The position numbers and the translations under genes were made by a program. A stretch of 64,000 bases of DNA from Negaprion brevirostris (lineage: Eukaryota), in assembly GCA_030324005.1 (NCBI GenBank), contig JARDVH010000128.1:18346545-18410544 (forward strand), read 5' to 3'. This document shows positions 63,896 through 64,000 of the stretch, piece by piece. The stretch's first letter is position 1. Each line of letters begins with the position of its first letter. The notes under the pieces are model-generated. The model was not told the origin of the DNA. It ran no database searches and saw only the letters and a program-made list of their open reading frames with translations.

Positions 63896-64000
63896 CTGTT
63901 AACAAAGAATAACAAAACACAGGAAGTGCATGTTACACATGGAATAAGACCAAATATCCGAAATTTTGTTTGTCTTAAAGTTGTCTGTGCTCAAAAAAAA

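Noticed and set aside
1-64000. Prokaryotic systems (CRISPR arrays, operons, defence islands)
   Set aside because: The sequence is a spliced vertebrate gene with SINEs and LINEs; there are no regular repeat-spacer arrays or dense ORFs.

Overview
Eukaryotic vertebrate DNA from a gapped draft assembly, not prokaryotic. The repeat families (HE1-like/V-SINEs, Deu-domain SINEs, CR1/HER1-like LINEs, Penelope and Harbinger remnants) point to a shark or other elasmobranch (inference). The window holds most of one gene on the minus strand, TOM1L2 (VHS-GAT endosomal adaptor): coding exons 2-15 were rebuilt by hand with GT-AG boundaries and consistent phases (1478 coding nt, stop at 10636-10638). Exon 1 lies beyond 64000, and a probable long 3' UTR ends near 2960. 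Introns are full of decayed transposons. Most notable: (i) an extra cassette exon (31879-31964), broken by an N-gap, that encodes a second copy of the myosin-VI-binding-like acidic-WL motif; (ii) two short palindromic Penelope-derived elements whose arms carry minimal hammerhead-ribozyme cores, one with a clean 14-bp flanking direct repeat; (iii) two decayed Harbinger transposons. I see no evidence of a wholly new system. Repeat boundaries are approximate and family names come from motif recognition, not database searches.
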